47,443 nucleotides of DNA from a bacterium (GTDB taxonomy: Bacteria; Hydrothermota; Tepidihabitantia; Tepidihabitantales; Tepidihabitantaceae). This document shows positions 28,369-38,031 of this stretch, in pieces; the stretch's first letter is position 1, and each line of letters starts with the position of its first letter. A program made the position numbers and the translations under genes. A model generated the notes under the pieces. The model had not been told where the DNA came from. It worked only from the letters and a program-made list of their open reading frames with translations, and did not search any database. The stretch is taken from assembly GCA_046485285.1 (NCBI GenBank), contig JAWOHE010000084.1, positions 1 to 47,443 of the forward strand. Reading direction: 5' to 3'.

Positions 28369-29856
28369 TCAGCGAAGGCGGGTGACGCGCTCGGGCCGGG
28401 CGCCCGGGACGTGGATGATATAGACGCCGGGCGGGCACGGCGCACCGGACTGCCCGCGGCCATCCCAGCGGGCGCGTCCGTCGCGGGAGGGAAGCAGGCG
28501 GACGCGGCGGCCGGCCGCGTCGAAGACCTCGACCGCCCGGCCGGCCGGCACGCCAGTGACCGCGAGCCCGGCCCGGAACGGGTTGGGCGCGCAGGCCAGG
28601 CGCGGCAGTGGGGCCGGGCCCGGGGCGAGGATGCCGGTCCAGGCGTTGGTGGCGAACCAGACCTGGGCCTTGGGATTGCGCATGTCCTGCCAGACGACGT
28701 AGGCACTGCCGTCAGCGTCAACCGCGATGTCCGGGTCCCACTGGTCGGCCGCGACCGCGTCGTTGACGAGCTCGCGCTCGCTCCAGGTCAGGCCGTGGTC
28801 GTCGGAGCGGCAGTAGTAGACGTCGTAGACGAAGCTCTGCCGGTTGCAGAACTGGAGCGCGGTGTGGACCGTGCCCGACAGGTCGATGGCGAGCTTCGCG
28901 CCGTTAGTGAAGGAGCTGTAGATGGTATCGAGCTCAGTGATCAGCACCTGCGGGCCCCAGGAGTCGCCGGCCTCGAAGAAGGTCCGCGCCATCGTCACCG
29001 ACTGGTTGACGTAGCCGTTGCCGGTGTAGTCGGTGATGACGTGGCCGGCGTCGGCGACGACATGGGGCTGGCGGCAGACGCCGCTGAAGGTGTCGAGCTG
29101 AACGCCGGGCGACCAGGTCCGGCCGGCGTCGGTCGAGCGGTAGAAGTGGGAGTGGATGACGATGCCGGAGGGACCGCGGACCGGCGCGTCGGCGACGACG
29201 AGGTGGTCGTTTGAGCCGGGCTGGACCCAGGCGTCGGGCGGGTAGCAGTTGAACGAGACGGTGTCGTCGTCCACCCGCGCGTCGGTTCCCCAGGTCGCGC
29301 CGCCGTCGGTCGAGACGTCGGAGTAGACCCGGAGGAAGGCACCGCGCTTGTCGGTCCAGGCGCAGAAGAGGTTGTCGGCGGTGTCGAGCGCGAGCCGGGC
29401 CCAGCCGATGTCGACGCGGGAGGGGCTGTCGTCGACCTGGACCGGCGCGGACCAGGTCGCGCCGCCGTCGGTCGAGCGGGTCGCGCGGATGTTGCCCTTC
29501 GAGCCGTCGATGCGGTCGGTGAAGACGAGGTGAATCGTGCCGTCGCGGGCGACCTTGAGGTCGGGATAGCAGGCGAAGCGGTTGCCCTGGCGGATGATGA
29601 TGTTCTCGGCCAGCCAGGTGCGGCCGGCGTCGGTCGAGCGCTGGAAGGCGATGTCCGAGCGCTGGATGGTGAAGGGCACGGAGTCGTTCTCGAAGGCGAC
29701 GTAGATCGGCGGCGGGCCGGAGTCGGAGCAGCCGACCGCGATGGCGGCGTGGTAGCAGGCCCAGGCCGGCCGGGTCTCGGTGTCGACCCGGACGCTCGCG
29801 CCGAAGGCGGCGAGCGCCGGGCCGGCGGCGAGGAGCAGGGCAAGGAGGCATTTCAC
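28369..29856 (-). CDS. Secreted BNR/Asp-box (sialidase-like propeller) protein with CTD-like C-terminus
   Basis: Repeated S.D.G.TW Asp-boxes; PNPF...FDAAGRRVR...WDGR...PGVY C-terminus; signal peptide. Confidence 0.85.
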   Translation of the reverse strand: MKCLLALLLAAGPALAAFGASVRVDTETRPAWACYHAAIAVGCSDSGPPPIYVAFENDSVPFTIQRSDIAFQRSTDAGRTWLAENIIIRQGNRFACYPDLKVARDGTIHLVFTDRIDGSKGNIRATRSTDGGATWSAPVQVDDSPSRVDIGWARLALDTADNLFCAWTDKRGAFLRVYSDVSTDGGATWGTDARVDDDTVSFNCYPPDAWVQPGSNDHLVVADAPVRGPSGIVIHSHFYRSTDAGRTWSPGVQLDTFSGVCRQPHVVADAGHVITDYTGNGYVNQSVTMARTFFEAGDSWGPQVLITELDTIYSSFTNGAKLAIDLSGTVHTALQFCNRQSFVYDVYYCRSDDHGLTWSERELVNDAVAADQWDPDIAVDADGSAYVVWQDMRNPKAQVWFATNAWTGILAPGPAPLPRLACAPNPFRAGLAVTGVPAGRAVEVFDAAGRRVRLLPSRDGRARWDGRGQSGAPCPPGVYIIHVPGARPERVTRLR

Positions 29857-29946
29857 AGCCGGTTTCTCCTGTCCGAGGATAAGCGCGGCGGCCCGCGAGT
29901 CAACCGGCCCGGGTGCTCGACAACGCGCCCGGCGGGACTATGATGG

Positions 29947-31095
29947 TTGAGCCTGTCGAAGGCGCGAATGATTGACGTCAAGCCGGACCGCACCCGGCGC
30001 GCGTGGCGGCTGGTCCTGACGGCGGCGCTTGTCGCGGGGCCGGCGCGCGCGCTGACGGCCGGCGTGAGCGGGCAGGCGCCGGGCTGGGTCGGTGGCGGGC
30101 GGGACACGAGTGTGTTCGGGCTGGCCGGACTGGGCTACATCCCGAGCTTGGCGCTGGACATAGTGCCGGGCTGGTTCGACGCCGAGGCCGCGGTCAGCGG
30201 CCGGGTCGACGCGAGCGCGCGGCCGGACAGCCTCCGGCTCGGGGCCGCGTTCAAGCCCTACCGGGCCTGGTTTCGGCTGTCGCGCGGGCGGCTGGAGGCG
30301 CGGGCCGGCCTGCAGAAGCTGGCATTCGGGTCGGCGATGCTCCTGCGGCCGTTGCAGTGGTTCGACCGCATCGACCCGCGCGACCCGACCGGCTCGACCG
30401 ACGGCGTCTACGCCCTGCTGGGCCGGTACTGGTTCCCGGGCGACGCCAACGCCTGGGCGTGGGGGCTCATCGGCAACAGCACGCCCCGGGCCTGGGAGCA
30501 GTTCGGCACCGAGCAGTGGGTGCCGGAGCTGGGCGGGCGGGTGCAGGTGTCGGTGCCGAGGGGTGAGGTCGCGGCCTCGTACCACCACCGGCGGGCGCGG
30601 AAGGCAGGGCCGGCGGGGTCGTTCAACGAGGACCGGTTGGGGCTGGACGGGAAGTGGGACGTCGGGGTCGGGCTGTGGACCGAGGCGACGGCCCTGCGGG
30701 AGTGGACCGACGCCTCGCCGCTGCCGTGGCAGTGGGCGGCGACGGTCGGGCTCGACTACACGTTCGGGGTCGGCAATGGGCTGACCGCGGCGGCCGAACA
30801 CCTCGCGCTTGCGCGGACAGCCGGGCCGTGGCATACTGCCGGGGCGGTCGCGGGGCAGGTCACCGGCCTGTCGGTCGCGTACCCGCTCGGGCTGCTCGAC
30901 CGGCTGAACGGGTTCCTGCTCTGGGACTGGCAGAATCGACACGCCTACGGCTTCGCCGCGTGGCAGCGGGCGCTGGACCGGTGGCTGTTCCAGGCCGCCG
31001 GATTCTGGGGCCCGGAGCGCCCGGCCGCGGCCGGGGTCCCGGGCGGCGCGGCGGCGGGCAAGGGCCTGCGCCTGACCGTGGTGTTCAACCACTAG
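29947..31095 (+). CDS. Putative outer-membrane beta-barrel protein (first gene of the ABC operon; start may be 29968)
   Basis: Signal peptide, RAGLQK..FG motif, amphipathic strands, aromatic-rich. Confidence 0.7.
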   Translation: MSLSKARMIDVKPDRTRRAWRLVLTAALVAGPARALTAGVSGQAPGWVGGGRDTSVFGLAGLGYIPSLALDIVPGWFDAEAAVSGRVDASARPDSLRLGAAFKPYRAWFRLSRGRLEARAGLQKLAFGSAMLLRPLQWFDRIDPRDPTGSTDGVYALLGRYWFPGDANAWAWGLIGNSTPRAWEQFGTEQWVPELGGRVQVSVPRGEVAASYHHRRARKAGPAGSFNEDRLGLDGKWDVGVGLWTEATALREWTDASPLPWQWAATVGLDYTFGVGNGLTAAAEHLALARTAGPWHTAGAVAGQVTGLSVAYPLGLLDRLNGFLLWDWQNRHAYGFAAWQRALDRWLFQAAGFWGPERPAAAGVPGGAAAGKGLRLTVVFNH

Positions 31096-31112
31096 CGCGA
31101 GAGGAGAAGCGA

Positions 31113-31826
31113 ATGGAAGACGGCGCAATCATCAGGACCGAGAACGTCGTGAGGAGCTACCCGATGGGCCGGACGAGGCTCGACGCGCTCAAGAACGTCA
31201 GCCTCGAGTTCGGGCGCGGGGAGTTCGCCGGGCTGGTCGGGCCGTCGGGCTCGGGCAAGACGACGTTCCTCAACATCATCGGGACGCTCGACGCGCCGAC
31301 ATCGGGGAGCGCGACGGTGCTCGGCGAGCGCGTCGAGAGGCTGTCGCCAAAGCAGGCCGCGGCACTGCGCAGCAGGCAGATCGGGTTCATCTTCCAGACC
31401 TTCAACCTGCTCCCGGTCTACACCGCCTACGAGAACGTCGAGTTTCCGCTGCTGCTCCTGGGGATGGGTCCGGCCGAGCGGCGGGACAAGGTGATGGCCG
31501 CGCTGGAATGGGTGGGGCTGTCCGACCGGGCGTCGTCTCGACCGACCCAGCTCTCGGGCGGCGAGAGCCAGCGGGTCGCGATTGCCCGGGCGGTCGTCAA
31601 GCGGCCGAAGATCGTGCTCGCGGACGAGCCGACCGCCAACCTCGACGCCGAGAACTCACACCGGGTGCTGCAGACGATGGTCAGCCTGAACCGCGAGCTG
31701 GGCACGACGTTCATCTTCTCGACCCACGACGATAAGGTCATCGGCTACCTGCGGCGGAAGATTCTGCTGGTCGACGGCGCGGTGGCCGACGACCGGCCGC
31801 AGGAACCGGCCGGGGGCGGATCGTGA
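31113..31826 (+). CDS. ABC transporter ATP-binding protein (LolD/MacB-like)
   Basis: GPSGSGKT, LSGGESQR, DEPTANLD, STHD; RBS GAGGAG. Confidence 0.95.
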   Translation: MEDGAIIRTENVVRSYPMGRTRLDALKNVSLEFGRGEFAGLVGPSGSGKTTFLNIIGTLDAPTSGSATVLGERVERLSPKQAAALRSRQIGFIFQTFNLLPVYTAYENVEFPLLLLGMGPAERRDKVMAALEWVGLSDRASSRPTQLSGGESQRVAIARAVVKRPKIVLADEPTANLDAENSHRVLQTMVSLNRELGTTFIFSTHDDKVIGYLRRKILLVDGAVADDRPQEPAGGGS

Positions 31827-32992
31827 TGATACTGCGGCTGGCGCTCCGCAACCTGCGCGGGGCGGGAATCAGGACCTGGCTTAACGCGACCGCGCTATCG
31901 TTCGCGTTCGTCGCGATCATCTTCGGCCAGGGGATGCTGCAGGGGATGAACAAGCAGGCCGAGGACGCGTCGACGGCGTGGGAGTTCGCTGGCGGCCAGT
32001 ACTGGCAGGCAGGCTACGACCCCTACGACCCGCTGACGCTGGAGGAAGCACACGCGCTCCTGCCCGGCGAGCTCGAGGCACTGGCCGAGTCCGGCCGGGC
32101 CGCGCCGATACTGGTCATACAGGGCAGCATCTACCCGCAGGGCCGGATGAGGCCGGTATTCATCAAGGGCATCGACCCGGACCAGCAGGTTGTCGCGATG
32201 CCGACCGCGGCGCTGGCCGACCCGGCCGAGGAACTGCCGATACTGCTCGGCGCGCGGCTGGCGCAGACCGCCGGGCTGGCGGTCGGCGACTACGTGACGG
32301 TGCAGTGGCGCGACGCGCGCGGGGCTTACGACGCGCGCGAGGGACGGGTCGTCGAGCTGATGCACACCAGCGTCGGGACGGTCGACAACGGCCAGGTCTG
32401 GGTGCCGCTCGCCGCCCTCCAGCGGCTGGCCGGGATGGAGGGCGAGGCGACGCTGGTGACAGTCGCCCGGGAGGTGCGCAACCCCCCGGCGGTCTCGGGC
32501 TGGGTCTTCCGGTCGTCGGGCTACCTGCTCGCCGACCTGCGCCAGATGGTGCAGGCGAAGTCGATCGGTCAGTCGTTGATGTTCGGGGTGCTGTTCCTGC
32601 TGGCGATGCTGGCGATCTTCGACACCCAGGTGCTGTCGGTGTTCCGGCGCCGGCGGGAAATCGGGATGCTGGTCGCGCTGGGGATGACGAAGCCGCAGGT
32701 AATCGCGCTGTTCACGCTCGAGGGCGCGCTCCACGGCGTGCTGGCGGCGGTGCTGGGGGCGGCGTACGGGGCGCCGCTGTTCATAATGCTCAGCCGCAGC
32801 GGGTTCGCGGTGCCGGGCGGCGATACCTGGGGCTTCTCGCTCGGGGAGAAGCTCTACCCGACCTACACCGCCGGCCTGATACTGGGCACGGCCGCGCTGG
32901 TCTTCGTCGTGGCGACGTTCGTGTCGTGGCTGCCGACGCGCAAGATCGCCCGGCTCAAGCCGACCGACGCCCTTGCGGGGAGGGGAACGTGA
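31823..32992 (+). CDS. FtsX-like ABC permease (LolC/E type)
   Basis: LALRNL, REIGMLVALG, 4-TM topology, P.DAL C-terminus. Confidence 0.9.
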   Translation: MMILRLALRNLRGAGIRTWLNATALSFAFVAIIFGQGMLQGMNKQAEDASTAWEFAGGQYWQAGYDPYDPLTLEEAHALLPGELEALAESGRAAPILVIQGSIYPQGRMRPVFIKGIDPDQQVVAMPTAALADPAEELPILLGARLAQTAGLAVGDYVTVQWRDARGAYDAREGRVVELMHTSVGTVDNGQVWVPLAALQRLAGMEGEATLVTVAREVRNPPAVSGWVFRSSGYLLADLRQMVQAKSIGQSLMFGVLFLLAMLAIFDTQVLSVFRRRREIGMLVALGMTKPQVIALFTLEGALHGVLAAVLGAAYGAPLFIMLSRSGFAVPGGDTWGFSLGEKLYPTYTAGLILGTAALVFVVATFVSWLPTRKIARLKPTDALAGRGT

Positions 32993-32994
32993 GG

Positions 32995-33029
32995 ACATTG
33001 CAGATTGCAGACTGCAGATTGCAGATTGC
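32995..33029. repeat. 7-bp tandem repeat (AGATTGC) x5
   Basis: ACATTGC AGATTGC AGACTGC AGATTGC AGATTGC between the two permease genes. Confidence 0.9.
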
Positions 33030-33050
33030 CGGGCAACATCAAGGAGGCGG

Positions 33051-34322
33051 ATGATGCTGGGCTTCCTGGCCAAGGGGCTGCTGCGCGACCGGAGCCGGAG
33101 CTTGTTCCCGCTCCTGACCGTGGCGATCGGGGTGTCGCTGACCGTGCTGATGGACGCCTACCTGCGCGGCGCGACCGACGGCATCTTCCGCGCGACGGCC
33201 AGTTTCGTGTCCGGCCACGTGCGGGTGACGACCCGGGCCGCGGCCCGCGAGGGGACCGGCGCCTCCAACGAGCTGGCCCTGCTCGGGGTCGGCGAGCTGA
33301 CCCGCGGGCTCGAGCGCGCGCACCCGGGAATGACCTGGACGCCGCGCATCCGGTTCGGCGGGCTGGTCGACGTGCCGGACTCGGCCGGGCAGACGCGCGT
33401 GCAGGCGCCGGCCGTGGGCCTCGCGGTTGACCTGTCCGAAGTCAGCCCGGAGCGCGAGATACTCAAGCTCGAGCAGTCGCTGGCGAGTGGCCGCCTGCCG
33501 TCGGCACCGGGCGAGGTCCTGCTCTCGGACGACTTTGCCCGGCGGCTGGGCGTCGGCCCGGGCGACAGGGTGACACTCGTCTCCTCGACGATGAACGGTT
33601 CGATGGCGGTCGCCAACTTCACGCTCTCGGGCACGGTGCGGTTCGGGGTCAGCGCAATGGACCGGGCCGCGCTGCTCGCCGACATCGGCGACGCGAGGCA
33701 GGCGCTGGACATGGCCGACGCGGCGGACGAGGTGCTGGGGTTCCTGCCGGGCGGCTACGACGACCGGGAGGCGGCGAAGCTGGCCGCGACTTTCAACGCG
33801 GCGCAGGAGGGTGGCGGCGACGAGTTCGCGCCCGAGATGAACAGCCTGCGGGTGGCGAGCGGGCTGGGCGGGATGATGGACCTGATCGGCGCGGCGTCGG
33901 CGGTCATCGTCGCGGTGTTCGTGATGGCGATGTCGGTGGTGCTGTGGAACGCCGGGCTGATGGGAAGCCTGCGCCGCTACGGTGAGATCGGCATCCGGCT
34001 GGCGGTCGGCGAGTCGAAGGACGCCGTCTACCGCGCCCTGCTCGTCGAGGCGTTTCTTATCGGGCTGGTCGGCTCGGCGGCGGGCACGGCAATCGGGTTC
34101 GGCTTCAGCCTCTACCTGCAGGAGGTCGGCATCAACATCGGCGGGATGATGAAGGACGCGACGATGGTGATCGACGACGTCATCCGGGCGCGCATCACGC
34201 CGGCGAGCTACGTCGTCGGGTTCCTGCCCGGGCTCTTGGCGACGTTCGTCGGCGCGGCGATATCCGGGCTCGGGGTCTACAAGCGCCAGACGGCGGTGCT
34301 GGCAAAGGAGTTCTCGGGATGA
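33051..34322 (+). CDS. FtsX-like ABC permease (LolC/E type)
   Basis: ATG after RBS AAGGAGG; EIGIRLAVG motif; 4-TM topology. Confidence 0.9.
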   Translation: MMLGFLAKGLLRDRSRSLFPLLTVAIGVSLTVLMDAYLRGATDGIFRATASFVSGHVRVTTRAAAREGTGASNELALLGVGELTRGLERAHPGMTWTPRIRFGGLVDVPDSAGQTRVQAPAVGLAVDLSEVSPEREILKLEQSLASGRLPSAPGEVLLSDDFARRLGVGPGDRVTLVSSTMNGSMAVANFTLSGTVRFGVSAMDRAALLADIGDARQALDMADAADEVLGFLPGGYDDREAAKLAATFNAAQEGGGDEFAPEMNSLRVASGLGGMMDLIGAASAVIVAVFVMAMSVVLWNAGLMGSLRRYGEIGIRLAVGESKDAVYRALLVEAFLIGLVGSAAGTAIGFGFSLYLQEVGINIGGMMKDATMVIDDVIRARITPASYVVGFLPGLLATFVGAAISGLGVYKRQTAVLAKEFSG

Positions 34323-35050
34323 GCACAATCGGCATGCTGCTGCTCGCGGCCCTGGTCGGGGCCGCGGAACTGCCCGACGGCGACACGATGCTCGCGCGGA
34401 TCGACGCCAACGCCGGGTCGGAGAACAAGGTCATCGTCAGCGAGATGACGATCCACGGCCGGCGCGGCAGCCGGTCGGTGCGGACGATGTCGTGGGTCAG
34501 CGGAACGGATCGGGCGTTCACCGAGTACCTCGCGCCGGAGCGCGACCGCGGCACCAAGATGCTCAAGCTCGGCAACCAGCTCTGGACCTACTCGCCGGAC
34601 AGCGACCGGACGATACTCATCGCCGGCCACATGCTGCGCCAGTCGGTCTCCGGCTCGGACCTCTCCTACGAAGACATGCTGGAGGACCCGAAGCTGACCA
34701 ACATCTACACGGCGACGGTCACCGGGTCGGACTCGGCCGCGGGCCGGCCGGCGTGGGTGCTGGAGCTCGAGGCGAGGTCGGACAACGTCGCCTATCGGCG
34801 GCGCAGGCTCTGGGTCGACACGGAGCGCGACCTCGTGCTCAGGGAAGAGCGATTCTCGAAGGGCGGCACGCTGCTCAAGACGATGGAGGTGCTGAGCGTC
34901 CGGCGGTTCGAGGGCCGCTGGCTCGCCGACCGGGCGGTGTTCCGGGACGCGCTCAAGGACGGCGGCGGCACCGAGTTCCGCATCGACTCGATACGCTTCG
35001 ACGTGCCGATCCCGGAGCACGTCTTCTCGAAGGCGTCGCTGCGCAGGTAG
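34319..35050 (+). CDS. Outer-membrane lipoprotein-sorting (LolA-like) protein
   Basis: Signal peptide; P.RDRGTKML, LW.Y.P, GSDLSYED motifs. Confidence 0.85.
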   Translation: MSTIGMLLLAALVGAAELPDGDTMLARIDANAGSENKVIVSEMTIHGRRGSRSVRTMSWVSGTDRAFTEYLAPERDRGTKMLKLGNQLWTYSPDSDRTILIAGHMLRQSVSGSDLSYEDMLEDPKLTNIYTATVTGSDSAAGRPAWVLELEARSDNVAYRRRRLWVDTERDLVLREERFSKGGTLLKTMEVLSVRRFEGRWLADRAVFRDALKDGGGTEFRIDSIRFDVPIPEHVFSKASLRR

Positions 35051-35159
35051 CCGGGCCGACCGGTCCGGGGAGAAGGGCGGCAGCGGGCGCCCGGCCGCGG
35101 TTGCCTCCCATCCGCCGGAGATTGACTTCCGGGTCCCAGCCGGCAAGATTGCAGTCGCC

Positions 35160-36536
35160 ATGGACATTGACGCGATTGTCCGAGAGAAGAACATCAGGTT
35201 TCTCGACCTGAAGTACTCCGACCTGCCCGGCCGGCTCAGGCACGTCACGCTGCCGATCGAGCGGCTTGGGCAGGCGCTGCGGCAGGGTGTCGGGTTTGAC
35301 GGGTCCTCGGTGGCCGGGTTCCGCGAGGTCGAGTCCGGGGACATGGTGCTGAAGCCCGACCTTTCATCAGCCTTTGTCGACCCCTTTGCCAAGCAGCCGA
35401 CGCTATCCTGCTTTGCCGAAATCCGCGAGACGGGAACGGATTGCGGCTACGACCGCGACCCGCGCGCAGTCCTGAAGCGGGCGGCGGAGGCACTCAGGCA
35501 GGCCGCTGGCGCGGACGAGGTGATGGTGCAGCCGGAGTACGAGTTCTATCTCTTCACCACCGCCGAATTCCGGACCGACCAGTCGTCGGCCGCGTACCGC
35601 GTCACTACCGACGAGCTCAAGCACGACGACCCGACCGGTTTCGCGCTCTGCAAGGGACCGGCCTACCACGCCGCCCCGCCGTTCGACCGCAGCTCCGACT
35701 TCCGCTCCGAGCTCGCGACGCTGATGGACGGTTGCGGGGTGCCGGTCAAGTACCACCATCACGAGGGGGGGCGGTACTCGCAGGTCGAGGTCGAGCCCGA
35801 GTTCCTGCCCGCGCTCAATGCCGCCGACGGCGTGATGCTGACCAAGTACCTCGCCCGCAATCTGGCGCTGCGCCACGGCAAGAGCGTCACCTTCATGCCC
35901 AAGCCGATATACGGCGAGGCCGGGTCCGGGATGCACTTCCACCAGCGGCTGGTGCGGGATGGGGTGTCGCTCTTCGGCGACGACCGGGGCGAGGCGAGAC
36001 TCTCGAAGCTCGCGCGCCACTACATCGCCGGCCTGCTCGAACACGCCCCGGGTCTCTGCGCGTTGACCAACCCTAGCACGAACTCGTACCGCCGGCTCGT
36101 GCCGGGGTACGAGGCGCCGGTGCTGATCTTCTTCTCGCTGGCAAACCGGACCTCCGCGATCAGGATCCCGGGATACGTGTCCTCGGCGGCGGAGATGGAA
36201 TTCGAGTACCGGATTCCCGACGCCACCGCCAATCCCTACCTGGCGCTGGCGGCGATGTTCCAAGCCGGGCTGGACGGCATCCGGTGCCGGCTCGAGCCTG
36301 GGCCGCTGGTTGAAGGCAAGCTCGACTCGTCCTCCGGCGGCCCGGGACACAAGGCCCTGCCGGTGTCGCTCGTGCAGGCGCTCGACGAGCTGACGAAGGA
36401 CCACCAGTACCTGCTCGAGAACGGCGTCTTCACGGCCGACCTCGTCGCAAAGTGGTTGGAGATCAAGACGGGCGAGGCCGAGGGCCTGGCACAGCGGCCC
36501 CATCCCTGGGAGTTCAGCCTCTACTACGGCTGCTGA
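35160..36536 (+). CDS. glnA: Glutamine synthetase type I
   Basis: FDGSS, EYEF, HHE, TFMPKP, GSGMH, NSYRRLVPGYEAP, NR...RIP, EYRIPD. Confidence 0.92.
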   Translation: MDIDAIVREKNIRFLDLKYSDLPGRLRHVTLPIERLGQALRQGVGFDGSSVAGFREVESGDMVLKPDLSSAFVDPFAKQPTLSCFAEIRETGTDCGYDRDPRAVLKRAAEALRQAAGADEVMVQPEYEFYLFTTAEFRTDQSSAAYRVTTDELKHDDPTGFALCKGPAYHAAPPFDRSSDFRSELATLMDGCGVPVKYHHHEGGRYSQVEVEPEFLPALNAADGVMLTKYLARNLALRHGKSVTFMPKPIYGEAGSGMHFHQRLVRDGVSLFGDDRGEARLSKLARHYIAGLLEHAPGLCALTNPSTNSYRRLVPGYEAPVLIFFSLANRTSAIRIPGYVSSAAEMEFEYRIPDATANPYLALAAMFQAGLDGIRCRLEPGPLVEGKLDSSSGGPGHKALPVSLVQALDELTKDHQYLLENGVFTADLVAKWLEIKTGEAEGLAQRPHPWEFSLYYGC

Positions 36537-36554
36537 GGCCGAGCCCGGACAGTC

Positions 36555-37880
36555 CTAGAGTATCGGCAGGTAGCGCCGGATTTCGTACTCGGTGACCTGG
36601 GACCGGTACTCGTCCCACTCCAGCTTTTTGTTGCGGATGAAGTGGTCGAACAGCTCGTCGCCGAGGACTTCGCGCACGAGCGTGCTGGGCTCGGCTTGCA
36701 GCACCGCGCCGAAGAGGTCGGAGGGCAGGGAACCGATGCCCGCCGCCTTGCGCTCTTCCGGGGTCATCCGGTAGATGTTGTTCGACGTCGGCGGGCCGAG
36801 CGCCAACTTGCGGTCGATGCCGTCGAGCCCGGCGGCGAGCAGGCAGGCGATGGCGAGGTAGGGATTGCAGGCCGGGTCGGGCGAGCGGTACTCGGCGCGG
36901 CAGGCATTCGGCCGTTTGGCGTCGAAGGCCGGTACCCGGACCAGTGCCGAGCGGTTCATCTGCGCCCAGGAGATGTAGACCGGCGCCTCGTAGCCGGGAA
37001 CCAGGCGCTTGTAGGAGTTGACCCACTGGTTGGTGACCGCGGTGACCGCGCCGGCGTGGTGGAGGAGGCCGGCCACGAAGTGCCGCGCCGTGTCCGAGAG
37101 GTGCAGCGGCTTGCGGGCGGCGAAGAAGGCGTTCTGCCGGCCCCGGAACAGCGAGAGGTGGATGTGCATCCCTGAGCCGTTGACACCGAATACCGGCTTG
37201 GGCATGAAGCTGACGTGGACGCCGTTGGCCTGGGCGACCTGCTTGGCGACGAAGCGGGCGGTGATGACGTTGTCGGCCATCGTCAGCGCGTCGCAGTAGT
37301 GCAGGTCGACCTCGTGCTGGCTTTCGGATACCTCGTGGTGGCCGTACTCGACGCGGACCCCGAGCTCCTCGAGCGCGGCGATGGTCTCGTGGCGGACCCG
37401 CTCGGCAACCGCGACCGGGGTCAGGTCGAAGTAGCCGGAGTGGTCGAGGAAGTCCGCGCTCTTGTCGTCCTTGAAGTAGAAGCACTCGAGCTCGCAGCCG
37501 ATGAAGGGCGCGAGCCCGCGCGCCTGGCAGCGCGTGACGACCCGGCGCAGGACCTGGCGCGGGTCGGCGGTCACCGGCTTGCCGGCCGGGGTCGTGACGT
37601 TCCCGAACATCCGGCCGGCCCGCTCGCCTTGGACCGTCCAGGGCAGGACGGCGAAGGTGGTGATGTCGGGCCGGACGACCATATCCGACTCCTCGATCCG
37701 GGCGAAGCCGGCAATCGAGGAGCCGTCGAAGGCCATCCCGTGGTCGAGCGCGCGACGGAGCTCGCGGGCCGGGACGGTGATGCCCTTGAGGAAGCCGAGA
37801 ACGTCGGTGAACCAGACCTGGACGAAGCGGACTCCGTCACGTTCGATTGCGCGGACAGGGCTGCCGGTTTTCTTCTTCAT
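36555..37880 (-). CDS. glnA: Glutamine synthetase family protein (second paralogue, GSI-alpha-like)
   Basis: FDGSSIAGFARIEESDM, HHEV, SFMPKP, NGSGMH, NSYKRLVPGYEAP, EYRSPD. Confidence 0.92.
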   Translation of the reverse strand: MKKKTGSPVRAIERDGVRFVQVWFTDVLGFLKGITVPARELRRALDHGMAFDGSSIAGFARIEESDMVVRPDITTFAVLPWTVQGERAGRMFGNVTTPAGKPVTADPRQVLRRVVTRCQARGLAPFIGCELECFYFKDDKSADFLDHSGYFDLTPVAVAERVRHETIAALEELGVRVEYGHHEVSESQHEVDLHYCDALTMADNVITARFVAKQVAQANGVHVSFMPKPVFGVNGSGMHIHLSLFRGRQNAFFAARKPLHLSDTARHFVAGLLHHAGAVTAVTNQWVNSYKRLVPGYEAPVYISWAQMNRSALVRVPAFDAKRPNACRAEYRSPDPACNPYLAIACLLAAGLDGIDRKLALGPPTSNNIYRMTPEERKAAGIGSLPSDLFGAVLQAEPSTLVREVLGDELFDHFIRNKKLEWDEYRSQVTEYEIRRYLPIL

Positions 37881-37920
37881 CGTCACCCCGTTAGTCAGTG
37901 CGGACGCCTGCGGACGGGCG

Positions 37921-37990
37921 ATTGTAGCCGGCGGCTGCACCGGGTCAAGCCGCCGGCAGGGGTTGACTTGCGGCGAATCCGGGATACTGT
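37921..37990. promoter_or_regulatory. Divergent promoters for the second glnA (TTGACC-N16-TACAAT, minus) and asnA (TTGACT-N16-TACTGT, plus)
   Basis: Hexamers read directly. Confidence 0.65.
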
Positions 37991-38031
37991 CTCAGCCGGT
38001 CGCTCGACAAGCTAACCTGTAAGGAGTCACG

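Noticed and set aside
26977-29214. Long antisense or alternative-frame ORFs (e.g. 1230-2798, 2899-5250, 9272-11464, 26977-29214, 43764-45776)
   Set aside because: Shadow ORFs typical of high-GC DNA, overlapping well-supported genes
32973-33050. Extended N-terminus of the second permease (IADCRLQIADCR)
   Set aside because: It is the translated heptamer repeat; a strong RBS supports ATG at 33051
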